Below are positions 46,185 to 57,000 of a stretch of DNA of 64,000 nt, piece after piece. A program made the translations under genes and the position numbers. The notes beneath the pieces are model-generated. The model saw only the letters and a list, made by a program, of their open reading frames with translations. It was not told the origin of the DNA and did not search any database. Every line of letters begins with the position of its first letter. Positions within the stretch are counted from its first letter, which is position 1. This DNA comes from a virus: the IMG/VR virus record IMGVR_UViG_3300050821_010764, positions 80,801 through 144,800 of that record. One strand, given 5' to 3'.

Positions 46185-49010
46185 ATGGCTAACATACCAG
46201 GCGCAACAAATGTCCTACCAGGAGTTTTTACTGACGTAATTACTCAATCACGTGGAGTATCAGTTCCTGGTGGTTCACGTATAGCCGCTATGATCGGCGA
46301 AGGCTCCACCGATGAAACCCTAGTTTCGCAAGCTGTTGGTGGTGGTCAAGACGGATTAAACCCCAGCTATACTGGAACGACTGGTCGTGACGGCAGACAC
46401 TTTCAACTTCAAAATTTCCCTCTAATTTCCAATAGAACCACCCTCTTCAAGAATGGCATTCCTCTAGTTGGTCTAGAGTCACTTATTGACAGCAATCCCT
46501 TCAGCAACAAATTTGACTATAGAGTCGACATCACCACTGGCAAAGTAGAGCTTCAAAGAGCCCACTTAGTTGACCAGGGCGGAGCCTTTTACTCAGCACT
46601 TTCTACTAACGTCGGTGTCGGTGTTATCAACAACCTAACCCTTGGCGATCCTAATGCTCCACCAGAGACTTGGACAGTTAGATGTGTGTCTGTTCAAAGA
46701 AACCCAATGAACGTACCTATTGCTGGTACCGCCTCTTTCTTAGCCTTCGGATCTATTTCAGGAGCCAAGTTGGATGCCAATGGTAATCCAGTCGTCTGGA
46801 TTGCTAACAACAATATCGTTACCAACGGAGTTTTAAGCTTCTCTATTCAAGAGACTGCCTCTACTCCATTCCGTGAAGGCGATGCTTTCACTATTTTGGT
46901 TGCTAGCGGAGTTTTGGTTCGTAATGATTCTTTGACCGCCAACTATATCCCAGTCCTTAATTTGAATGACCCTGTTCTACTTCAAGGTCTTGGTGCAGTT
47001 GTTCAAAGACACGGTCTTCCAAGCTTAACTAACAATCTTTCTTTGGGCGCTCAATTAGCTTTTGCTAACAACGCACCCGCTCTATTGACCGTTCAAGCTG
47101 CCCCTCCTATCCCAAGAAGAACTTCTTATGTTCTAGATTCTGATGTCAATGCGTTAGCTCCAGATGATGATGAATTCATCTTCCCATTGCCAGTTGGTGT
47201 TACCCCAGATTTCAATTCCAACATTCACTTCTTCGTTAAGAATAACGCTACGAATGTTGAGACCCAAATTCTTCCAAACAAGCTAGCTTACTACTTACTT
47301 GATACGGCTGGACATCCAACTACTCATCAGTTTATTCAGGACAATACTCCTGCTCCAGGTGGTAACTCCTACTTCTATACTGTTAAGCAAAGTCTTGAAG
47401 ACCTAAACTTCGGCGAAGACGGTTACATTGGTAGAAACCTAGCTTTCCACAACCAAGGTGTTTTTAGTACTCCATCAGTAGTTTTCGATTCTAGCTACGT
47501 GGGTAAGGCTCTAAAAATTATTGACAGCAATAACTCTGCTAACCTAGGTGTCTTTCATGTCACTGCCGTAACTGGTGGAAAATTGTACGTGGTCGCAGAT
47601 GGCAGCACTTTCTCTCCATCTGTATTGACTGCAAATCCAGCTTACCTATCTGACTTTGCTAATGAAAGTCCGGTTAATTTCGTCGTCACTAATCCATTAA
47701 CTGGTTTACCAGTTATGAGTGGCTCTGGAACTGACGGTGTCTTGGTTACTTCCGGTCCAGCAACTGGCACTGCAACCCTTCATAGTCCGTCTGTTGACTT
47801 TAGCACAATCCCAGGTATCCTTACCTATAAGCTACAGATCAATGGTTCTGGCATTTCTACTGCCGCATTACCAGATGGTAATAATGGTTTGTATGACATC
47901 ACCCTTGTGACAGGAACTGGTGGTAGCAATACTATCACTCTTCAAAAGGCGATTGTTAACGAAAGCAACCTAGAGTATGAGATTTTGGATCCTTCTGGAA
48001 CCAGCAACTACGTTGTTGTTAACCATAACGTGGTACCAAATGGTTATGCTCTAAGAGTTACCATTGTGGACTCCAGAGATGCAGCCTTCTTCGATGCAGG
48101 TTGGATTACCGCTCTTGCTTCTCTAACAAAAGTTGAATGTGACATCTTGGTTCCGCTTCCAAAGCAAACCATCTCCGTTATCTTCCAGAATGCTCTTAGC
48201 CACTGTTTGAGCATGAGCAACATCAGGAACAAGAAGGAAAGAGTTCTGTTCATCGGAGCCATCAATGGATTGACTCCAGACAACCTAACTGGTGTTAAGC
48301 CAGCCGCCGTTGAAGATATTGGTATCTTAGAAGGTATCCAAGGAGAAACCATTACTGACATTCTTGCCGGTAACGTGGAAGACTTGGCTAACTACTCAGT
48401 GCCAGATGCTTTCGGTAACACCTTCAGAGCAGTCTTCTTCTATCCAGACCAGATTGTAGTTCAAGCAGGAACTGATAACGTCTTGATTGACGGTTTCTAT
48501 CTTGCCGCTGCTGCCGCTGGATTTGAGTCTGCTGATGTTAGAATTGAGAACCCACTTACCAACAAGGTACTTAGTGGCTTTACCATCCTAAGAAACAAGC
48601 AGTTCTCTCCACAAACTCTAGAGGCTCTTGCTACGGCTGGTGTCACCACCCTACAACCTGTTGCAGGTGGAGGAAGAGTTGTGTGGGGTATTACAACTAC
48701 GCAAAGCGGATTCCCAGAAGAGCAAGAAATCTCAATTGTCTTTATCCGTGATAGAGTTGCTAAGACTCTAAGAGCTGGATTTGCCGGCTTCATTGGACAG
48801 GCTGCCGGTCCAAACACTGGTGCCATCTTGAATACACGTGGAGTTATTTTGTTGAACTCTTTGGTATCACAAGGTATCATCACTGCCTACAAAGACTTGG
48901 CAGTTGTACAAGATAGCGTTGATCCAAGACAGTGGGACGTCTCAGTAAGAGTACAGCCAACCTACCCAGTCAACTTCATCTACATCAAGGTAAGTTTGGG
49001 ACAACTATAA
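46185..49010 (+). CDS. Contractile tail sheath protein
   Basis: N-terminal LPGVFT; C-terminal LTNK..GVTTL..VVWGITT..EISIV..FIG..DPRQ.DV.V...PTYPVNFI.I sheath signature. Confidence 0.92.
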   Translation: MANIPGATNVLPGVFTDVITQSRGVSVPGGSRIAAMIGEGSTDETLVSQAVGGGQDGLNPSYTGTTGRDGRHFQLQNFPLISNRTTLFKNGIPLVGLESLIDSNPFSNKFDYRVDITTGKVELQRAHLVDQGGAFYSALSTNVGVGVINNLTLGDPNAPPETWTVRCVSVQRNPMNVPIAGTASFLAFGSISGAKLDANGNPVVWIANNNIVTNGVLSFSIQETASTPFREGDAFTILVASGVLVRNDSLTANYIPVLNLNDPVLLQGLGAVVQRHGLPSLTNNLSLGAQLAFANNAPALLTVQAAPPIPRRTSYVLDSDVNALAPDDDEFIFPLPVGVTPDFNSNIHFFVKNNATNVETQILPNKLAYYLLDTAGHPTTHQFIQDNTPAPGGNSYFYTVKQSLEDLNFGEDGYIGRNLAFHNQGVFSTPSVVFDSSYVGKALKIIDSNNSANLGVFHVTAVTGGKLYVVADGSTFSPSVLTANPAYLSDFANESPVNFVVTNPLTGLPVMSGSGTDGVLVTSGPATGTATLHSPSVDFSTIPGILTYKLQINGSGISTAALPDGNNGLYDITLVTGTGGSNTITLQKAIVNESNLEYEILDPSGTSNYVVVNHNVVPNGYALRVTIVDSRDAAFFDAGWITALASLTKVECDILVPLPKQTISVIFQNALSHCLSMSNIRNKKERVLFIGAINGLTPDNLTGVKPAAVEDIGILEGIQGETITDILAGNVEDLANYSVPDAFGNTFRAVFFYPDQIVVQAGTDNVLIDGFYLAAAAAGFESADVRIENPLTNKVLSGFTILRNKQFSPQTLEALATAGVTTLQPVAGGGRVVWGITTTQSGFPEEQEISIVFIRDRVAKTLRAGFAGFIGQAAGPNTGAILNTRGVILLNSLVSQGIITAYKDLAVVQDSVDPRQWDVSVRVQPTYPVNFIYIKVSLGQL

Positions 49011-49027
49011 TTTCGGGAGAACACTAA

Positions 49028-49711
49028 ATGGCTAATGCACCAAACACAGGCTCTACGTTAACACTACCAAGTGGTATTAACAAGACCTCTACAGGAATTT
49101 CAACTAATATCATCATCATGGTGAATAATACCGCTGTCGGTGCTATTCAGTCGATGGCTATCTCTGAGAAGAGAGGCATCAAGATGATTGATGAAGTTGG
49201 AAACGATGGTCATATTGACTCCGTACCAAACGTTTCTACCAACATCACCGGCTCTTGTCAAAGAGTCAGGTTTGATAAACTAAGAATCACAGAAGCTTTC
49301 AGCCGTGGTTTCGTTCACATTCACTCTCAAGTCTATCCTTTCGATATTGTCATTCTAGACAAGCAGAAGGCAGCCACAGGCAGCCAAATTTCTACCGTCA
49401 TCAAGAACGTATGGATTTCTGGTATTGACTACACTTACCAAGTTAGCGATTGGGTTATTACCGATACTATGACTTGGGAAGCAGAGACTATCTTCTCCAT
49501 CCTTAACAACGGCAACTCTCAACCAGTGGCAGTTGGTGGCGAAAGAGGCGTTACTCACATGGGCTCGGGTCCTAACGGAGTTCTTAACATCAACAGCGGT
49601 GATGGTATTGTTAACATCGAGCAGTTGGTTGATACTGGTGCTGGAGGCAGAAGAGGTTCCTTGGATGCCGCAGGACTTATCGATATTGGCTCTTCTGGAG
49701 ACCTATTCTAA
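49028..49711 (+). CDS. Tail tube protein
   Basis: Follows sheath; VGAIQS..SE.R...I.EVG..PFDI..NVW..Y.Y..WEAE tube pattern. Confidence 0.85.
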   Translation: MANAPNTGSTLTLPSGINKTSTGISTNIIIMVNNTAVGAIQSMAISEKRGIKMIDEVGNDGHIDSVPNVSTNITGSCQRVRFDKLRITEAFSRGFVHIHSQVYPFDIVILDKQKAATGSQISTVIKNVWISGIDYTYQVSDWVITDTMTWEAETIFSILNNGNSQPVAVGGERGVTHMGSGPNGVLNINSGDGIVNIEQLVDTGAGGRRGSLDAAGLIDIGSSGDLF

Positions 49712-49747
49712 TAGAGATCAATATACTATAGCTGCATAAAAGACTAA

Positions 49748-49796
49748 AAATAGCCTGCAACTGATATATAATCATTAGTTGCAGGTTATTTCTTTT
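49748..49796 (+). terminator. Intrinsic terminator after tube gene with TATAAT in its loop
   Basis: 18-bp stem (two G-U), loop ATATAATC, followed by CTTTT. Confidence 0.75.
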
Positions 49797-49808
49797 GTGG
49801 AGTTAAAG

Positions 49809-50495
49809 ATGCCTAAATTTGAGAGTCCGATTGGTAGTAAGAAAATTTCTGGTCAGCCTATGAGGGAATTTGATGTTCCTGATGAAGGTGATGATCAACA
49901 ATATGAAGAGATGACCCCAGTGATGAGGCGGCGCGGTCCTAGCACACATGGTCCACAGCCTCCAGTTGATATTGAGGCTGCTTTAGCTTTTCAAAATAGA
50001 ATACAGTCAGAAAGCGCCCAGGACGTCTCTGACATGGAAAGACAGATTCGTGAGGCTCGTATCGCCAAAAGAACTGGCAAAGAACGTCTAAATGATGGTG
50101 CTAGACGCCGTATTGAAATGTTAGTTGGTATTACTCGACATACTCGTACAGCCACCATAGAAGATAATGTTTATGTTTTGCAAACCCTCAGATCCAAAGA
50201 GATGAGAGATGCCATTACTGCTGCCGCCGAGTTTGATGGAACGGTACAGTCTCCTTTCGAAATCAGAAGACAATTGGTAGCTCGTTCATTAGTTCAAGTG
50301 GCAGGATTACCGGTGGAACAGTTTGTGGGTTCTAATTTATTGGAAGATAGGTTGGTGCTAATTGATGACATGGATGACGCCATGTTGAACAGACTGTATG
50401 ATGAGTATCTGATCATGATTAAGGAAATCAGAGAAAGATACGCTATCAAAACGCCGGAGGATGCCAAAGGGGTTGTTGAAGACCTAAAAAAATAA
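49809..50495 (+). CDS. Tail assembly chaperone (gpG-like)
   Basis: GGAG RBS before ATG 49809; between tube and tape measure; ends in CTA AAA AAA TAA. Confidence 0.75.
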   Translation: MPKFESPIGSKKISGQPMREFDVPDEGDDQQYEEMTPVMRRRGPSTHGPQPPVDIEAALAFQNRIQSESAQDVSDMERQIREARIAKRTGKERLNDGARRRIEMLVGITRHTRTATIEDNVYVLQTLRSKEMRDAITAAAEFDGTVQSPFEIRRQLVARSLVQVAGLPVEQFVGSNLLEDRLVLIDDMDDAMLNRLYDEYLIMIKEIRERYAIKTPEDAKGVVEDLKK

Positions 50496-50857
50496 TATAT
50501 GAACCGGAACATCGTTTTATCTGGGACTTGTGTAAAATCTACAGAATAAAGCCTGATGATCCTTGGTTTGAGGACTTGGACCCGGTTCAAAAGCAATGGA
50601 TGTACGAGAGCTGGTTGGGCGATCAAATTGATGATGCCGAATTAGCTAAAAATCACGCATATCTATTAGCATCTTTCTCTCATCCAGAGGCTGTTCAGCA
50701 GATACTGGGAGAAGGAAATGTTCATGCATCTACCGATGAAGAGTTCGAGGAGTCTAGCAATATTGTAAGGAATATGAATTTGAAGGCTTTGGGTCTACAA
50801 GATAACCCACAGAACACCAGAAAGAGAAAGCGCCAACGTCTAGTTAACAAGGAATGA
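50486..50857 (+). CDS. -1 frameshift extension of chaperone (gpGT-like)
   Basis: A AAA AAA slippery heptamer at 50486-50492; -1 frame open (KIIYEPEHRFIWDLCKIY...) to TGA 50857; no SD for the TTG at 50528. Confidence 0.8.
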   Translation, partial: KKIIYEPEHRFIWDLCKIYRIKPDDPWFEDLDPVQKQWMYESWLGDQIDDAELAKNHAYLLASFSHPEAVQQILGEGNVHASTDEEFEESSNIVRNMNLKALGLQDNPQNTRKRKRQRLVNKE

Positions 50858-50861
50858 ATAA

Positions 50862-53195
50862 ATGGCTGATCCCATCCCACCAGTAGTAAATCCAGATGAT
50901 AATGCCAATCTAGCTGCACAAGCAGATCTAGCTGGTAAAGCGAGCGAAGCTTTAAGTGGATTCACTGTTGTAGCAGGTCAAGCCAAAAATGTCTTTGCTG
51001 ACCTTCAAACTAAAATACAAGGCGTAAGCATTAGTTTCAAGAACAATCAGGAACTAACACAAAATCAAACTCAGGCACTAGGACTACTAACCACTTCTCT
51101 AGTTGGCGCACGAGCCGCTTTTGAAGGGCTAAGTGGAGTAGATACTTCTGGACTAAATACTTTTTCAGGTCAGATTAAAGACTTACAAGACATCATGGCT
51201 AATAGCCCAGCTTATAAGCTGGCTAAAAAGGCACTTGAAGATGTGACGGCAGCAGCCGCTGGATTTGCACCAGCTATTGGTGCCGCTATGATTAAGAAAG
51301 CACAAGAAGAATTCAAGAGCGTTACTAGGGCAGTTTCTGAAACCGCCATCACGATGGCAACCAGTGCGGATAACGCTATGAGATTGCAAAATGCATTTAT
51401 TCAGTTATCAGCCAAGACTGGTAATCTAAATGCAATTTATTCTGCTGCCGGTCCCAATCTAGAGAAAATTAATTTCCTATTACAAAACCAACAAAAAGCA
51501 GTTACTGATGCCGCCACTGCTACCCAATTACCAATTGCTGCTGTAGAAAAATACTATTCTGAATTAGGCTCTATTCCTAAAGCATTAGAAGAAAATGTAA
51601 AGAGTAGTGATGCAGCTAATAGAAATGTTAGTATGTTAACAGCCAGTATTCAATATGCGGCTGGAAGTGGTAGGTCTTATGCTGATGTCATCGCTGATTT
51701 GAAAGTAGCGTTCCAGGACTATAATTTGGTGGGAGAAAAGGCTCTTCAGTTTACTGCTAGAATGGGAGAGCTGTCCAATAAGTTCGGAGTAGAACTATCC
51801 GATGTACAAGGGTCACTAAGAACCACTGCTGAAAATTTTAAGATGTTTGGTAATGAAGCTGAAGGTGCCGCCCGCATGATGAATCAATATTTAGGAGCCC
51901 TGGAAGATACCGGTATTAGCGGACACGTGGCTTTGGGAGTCATTCAAGATATGACTGCGGGTATCAAAGGTATGGGACTAGCTCAGAAGGGATTCTTATC
52001 AGCTCAAACCGGAGGTCCTGGTGGATTGATGGGAGCTTTCCAAATTGAAAAGATGCTTCGTGAAGGTAAGTTAGATGAAGTCATGGATAAGGTCAAACAA
52101 ACTCTTACCAAGCAGTTTGGGCAGATTACCACCTTAGAAGAAGCTTCCAAAAGTCCAGCAGCAGCAGCTCAACTTACTAAACAAATGCTGATGCTAAGAC
52201 AGGGACCATTGGGTGCTATGGCAAAAGATGATCAAAGTGCCATGAGATTGCTAGAAGCCATGAAGGGCGGCGAAGGAAAACGCGCCGTTGGTGATCAGGG
52301 AGCTTTGGGTGGAGCAGTAGTTCAAGATAGCATGAAAGTTGGAGTCGAGCTTCAGAAGAAGTCCGTAACTGAATTGAGTAGAATCCGAGCTGCTATTGAA
52401 GGTGCGCGTGGTCAAGCTTCTATGTCTAATTACGGAGCAGCTCAACAAGCATTTACTGCTGGTACGGGAACCCCTCTTGAGGGAGCTGATTTTAACTCTA
52501 AAATGAGGTTGAACTTATCTGATAATATGATGAAGGGAGCTGTTGCCAGCGGCGATACTACTGCGATGAATAAAAAAGACATTAAATTGAAAGATGTCAA
52601 AGACCGCGCTGGAGTATTTGGCGTTCAAATGGTGGATGATTTCAAATCTCTATTTGATGAACTTTCCCCCGCTCTACAAGGACCAATCAATAAGATAAAA
52701 GACATGATGCAGTCTGGTCAAGCTGGTAAAGTTGACCAAGCCAAAGATGATATGAAAGCAGATATTGCTCGTAGAAAAGCAGAAGTAGAAATTCTACCTC
52801 CAGAACAACAGGCATCAGCTATGGCAGATATTCGCCGCGACGAAGACTTATCTCAAAGAGCAATTGCCGCTATTCCTCCGGCTAGCATGGCTATGCGAGG
52901 ACCAAAAGGATTAGGGGGAGCTAGCGATTTGGGAGTTGCTATTAATGGACCAGGTTTGCCGGCTGGTGAACAAGTAGGTCAAGCAGCATCTCAGGTAGCT
53001 ACTAGGGGTCCTGGGGCAACAGACCGTGCAGCAGGAACGATTGGCAGAACATCTATGATGCCTACTCCGCCAGCCGCGTCAGCAGGAGAATTAACAGTTC
53101 GTGTGGAAGGCATCTGTCTAGATTGCCATCAAAAAGCTTTACAAGGAGCTTCTCAAAGATTGGCATCCTCGCCAGCTTCAGGAATTTCAAAATAA
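50862..53195 (+). CDS. Tape measure protein
   Basis: Follows G/GT; Ala/Gln/Lys-rich helical 777 aa. Confidence 0.75.
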   Translation: MADPIPPVVNPDDNANLAAQADLAGKASEALSGFTVVAGQAKNVFADLQTKIQGVSISFKNNQELTQNQTQALGLLTTSLVGARAAFEGLSGVDTSGLNTFSGQIKDLQDIMANSPAYKLAKKALEDVTAAAAGFAPAIGAAMIKKAQEEFKSVTRAVSETAITMATSADNAMRLQNAFIQLSAKTGNLNAIYSAAGPNLEKINFLLQNQQKAVTDAATATQLPIAAVEKYYSELGSIPKALEENVKSSDAANRNVSMLTASIQYAAGSGRSYADVIADLKVAFQDYNLVGEKALQFTARMGELSNKFGVELSDVQGSLRTTAENFKMFGNEAEGAARMMNQYLGALEDTGISGHVALGVIQDMTAGIKGMGLAQKGFLSAQTGGPGGLMGAFQIEKMLREGKLDEVMDKVKQTLTKQFGQITTLEEASKSPAAAAQLTKQMLMLRQGPLGAMAKDDQSAMRLLEAMKGGEGKRAVGDQGALGGAVVQDSMKVGVELQKKSVTELSRIRAAIEGARGQASMSNYGAAQQAFTAGTGTPLEGADFNSKMRLNLSDNMMKGAVASGDTTAMNKKDIKLKDVKDRAGVFGVQMVDDFKSLFDELSPALQGPINKIKDMMQSGQAGKVDQAKDDMKADIARRKAEVEILPPEQQASAMADIRRDEDLSQRAIAAIPPASMAMRGPKGLGGASDLGVAINGPGLPAGEQVGQAASQVATRGPGATDRAAGTIGRTSMMPTPPAASAGELTVRVEGICLDCHQKALQGASQRLASSPASGISK

Positions 53196-53206
53196 GGGAT
53201 TAAACA

Positions 53207-54097
53207 ATGGGTATTAGTGATATCATCGATGGCGTAAATAAAGCGCAAGATTTTCTGAATGGATCAGCCAATCCATTAACCGGAAGTCAACAAGACCAAT
53301 TCAAGTCCGATGGTTTCTTAGTGCCTTCTACTTTTTCCGCAGATGGCAACGGTCTACCGTTCAGTAAAGTTCCATCTAACAAAGCCGCACAGTTTAAACG
53401 CAATATCATTACTTGGTTCGTTCCAGAATTTGGTATTGTGAGAATGTATGTTAACCCTAATTCTATCAGCTATTCTGATAAGAAGTTGATCACTAAAGAT
53501 AGAACCAAGGGCGGATATACTTTGCAGTATTGGGGAGAAGAACTAACCTCTATTAACATCTCTGGTACTACTGGTAGTTCTGGAATTGAGGGAATTAACG
53601 TTCTTCATGAGATATATAGGGCAGAGCAATATGCATTTGATGGAGTTGGGTTGACCTTGGCAGCTAACAATGCGGCAGCCGATGTTGCCAATAACCTAGT
53701 CAGTGGTGTAGGTGGTGCTCTTGGTAAAGCTGTAGGTGGTTTATTTGGGGCAAGTGACCAAGGCGCAGCAGCAGCTGGAGGAGCTGGCTTACTAGGTGGT
53801 ATATTAGGATTAGATTCTCCTAATAACAGCTTGGCAGCTAAGAACATTCCCTCTTTGGGACAATTAGCTTTTACCGTTGAGATGTATTATAATGGATGGA
53901 TTTATCGAGGATTTTTTGAGAACATGACCGTTAATGAGCGAGCCGATAATTTCCTACTGGAATACCAGATGACATTTACTGCTACTCAAAGAAGAGGATA
54001 CAGGCTCAATTATTTTCCATGGACACGCAGTGCCAAAGATGGTCCAAGTCAGTATGCGTCTCCAAATGCTTTTTCTGGAAATATTACAGGACGATAA
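53207..54097 (+). CDS. Baseplate tube-initiator-like protein
   Basis: MYVNP.SI..K.I...RTKGG...QYWGEEL..I.ISG.TG..Y.GFF tube-like fold; position after TMP. Confidence 0.65.
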   Translation: MGISDIIDGVNKAQDFLNGSANPLTGSQQDQFKSDGFLVPSTFSADGNGLPFSKVPSNKAAQFKRNIITWFVPEFGIVRMYVNPNSISYSDKKLITKDRTKGGYTLQYWGEELTSINISGTTGSSGIEGINVLHEIYRAEQYAFDGVGLTLAANNAAADVANNLVSGVGGALGKAVGGLFGASDQGAAAAGGAGLLGGILGLDSPNNSLAAKNIPSLGQLAFTVEMYYNGWIYRGFFENMTVNERADNFLLEYQMTFTATQRRGYRLNYFPWTRSAKDGPSQYASPNAFSGNITGR

Positions 54098-57000
54098 TGG
54101 GTTTTTTAGGCGACTTAGCAGATCAAATTAATAGTCAGTTTTCTGTGGGCGAAAATACCGTCCATAGTTTAGATGACGTAGAGTCCGGAGCCAAATATGG
54201 CTCTCTGGGTGATTTTGCTAAACATTTTGATCAATCAGCTGAAAGAAGATATGTAGAAGAGGGATATCTGAGGAGAGATCCCTTCAATACTGATCCTAAG
54301 CAGTATGAAATTTTGATGCAAGAACCTAATGCTAGTGTACTGGTTAAAAAGAAGATGTTCTCTTCTATTAATGAAAACTATCGTCCTGATTATATGGACA
54401 AAGACGAGAAACTATACTATAAAGCGATGAAAATCTTGTTTCAAAACAAGTGCGCCCAAGTATCATCTCTAGAGAAGCTTTCTAAAATTCAAAAGATTAC
54501 TTCTACTGTAGGAAGCATATCTGATCAACTGATGCCGGTTATCATTAGTTTGACTGATGATGCGGGTAGTGGATTTAGTTTGGGTGGACCTGGTCTATTT
54601 GGAGGAACCAACTCTAATGGCGAGGTGGGCAGTTTTACTAAGGTCATCGATAGAATTCGTAGGCTATACGCTTTCAATACAACCAATCCACTTACTACTT
54701 GGATCACTGATCCAACTAATTTATTCCAATCCCAGTTTGGACAAGGAACAGGCGTAATTGAGATCACCAACTTTACCAATCTAAGTACTAATGTGGGACT
54801 AGATATCAAAACTCCTGGGTCTTTCAATCTAACTATTCAAGATCCTTATGAGGCTATGTTAATCACTGAATATGATATTGAGAGGGCTATTAGTGATGCC
54901 ACTAACTCCAATTACAATCATAAGATTTTCCAATTTGGTCAACAAGGTGCTGATCAAGTTATTAACGATGCCACTGTTAGACTCAATCAACTAAGAAGTA
55001 ATAGAAAAGCTAGTCCCATCACTTTCAGGGTTAATCCAGATACATTACTAGGCAGAAGAGTAGTAGCTATCATTGATAGGATTGGAACTGAATTACCGTT
55101 CGAATACAACTCTGGATTTCTCGGAATAGGTGGTGGCGTCAAAGTAGCCGCTTCTTATTTATTTCAAACGGGCAACAAGACTTTAGGAGACGTTGCTGGA
55201 TTTGATGGGCTCAATGTTACTCCCGAAAATAGTCTAGGACCAGATAGTAATATCAGAGCTTTAAATCCAGAATCTGAATTTAGTGTTTTTCAAAGATTGG
55301 TAACAGCTATTTTCAGCAAGATGCAGTTAGATGCTAATTCTCGTGGAGCTTTTGTTACTACTAACAAAAATACTAACTACGCTCGTCGAAAACTAAGATT
55401 TCATTTCTCCGGCAAACTAATCATTCAGCCAATGGACACAGTTCATATCTATATGAATTCTAAAAGTCGATATGACAATAAGTTATTAGGTGGATTGAAC
55501 AATATGTTTACTGGTTCTGGAATTCTACAGAATCTTAATAAGACCATTACTGATTTTAAGAATGCGGCAGATACGTTGTTCAATCCTTCTGGTAGCGTTA
55601 ATCTTCAGGCAGAGAAAGCATCCTTTGTAGGTCCCGATTTCCCTAATTTTTTGTGGTCATTGATTAGAAATCAGTTCGTGACAGAGAAAGAGGGTACTCA
55701 TGTTTTTGCCGGCATTGTGCAGGGTGCAGAAGATGCTTGGTCAGACGGCAAATTTACTGTTTCTGTTAGAGGAACTGATAACAGTGCCTATTTTGAAATG
55801 GGCAAAATTAATTTCAAACCAGGTGTAGATGTATTTAACGGCGCCCTATTAGATCCTCTCACACCATTTAAAACCAAGTTTGATACCATTACCAGTAATG
55901 CTAAATCTCAAACACCAGAACTATTAGATGAGAATAAATTCCTATTGGGAGTTAGTTCCGACACTGGATCCCCACTAGTTAAATTCAAATTGGGACCTAA
56001 TGTAGGTCAACCAGTCCGTGGTGATAATTTTATTCAAGATGTTAGCCTAGATAAAAGCTCCAATCAGGTAGGTAAGATATTTTACGCTCCTGATGGATTG
56101 GTCTATAAATGGAAAGAGGGAATCGGTACATTAGTACAGTTTGGAGAATCTATCAATCTTAACGATGCTAATCGAACAGGCAATCCAGCCATTACCAAAG
56201 AGCCATTTGCCGGGCAAGATGTAATGAATGTTATCTCTCTGCTAATTACAGGTCTACCTTACAACTTCGCCAACTACTGGAAAGCTGTTTCTAATTTTGA
56301 TGGATTTCAGAGGGACCCTCAAAGTCAACAAGACTCGGCTTATTCATACTATGATTCATTAAAAAGTGATCTTACTAAAAACAATATCATCTGGGGAAAT
56401 TTTATCCCATTCAAGAATCTATCTATAGATGAGCAATCCTTTGCTAAATCTATGCAAGGACAATTTAGAATCCTACAAAATAACCAAGATTTAAATTCCA
56501 AATTACAAAAACTAGCCGAAGCCCAGCGTAGAGCCAATATGTTTTCTTCCACAGATGCTATTGCGGTGGCTAATAAAGATAAGTTCTCATCTCAATATGA
56601 AAAAGCTAAGTCAATAGTATCAGAATTAACAACTGAAATTAACAGTATTATTTCTAGAATTCAAAAGGATGACCAAAGTAGCAGTGCGTTAGTTCTAACT
56701 GGAGGAGATGTATCTTTTGACTTTAACGAATTCCAAAATGGAACCAATCCCAATAAGCAAATTGCTGACGCTGCCACCAGAAGATTGTTAAGAAGACAAA
56801 TCAATTATCTAACCCGTAGAATGTCATACAATGTCAGGGCGAATGATGATAAGAATCTTTTCATTGTAGATGATTACTACGATAAAGACTATGATATCAT
56901 TGCTTATGAACAGGCGCTAACGGAAGGCATTAAACTCTACAACAATGAATTTACCAGTGTAAAGGATAAAATTATATCAACTTCTGAACTTCTTAATCTA

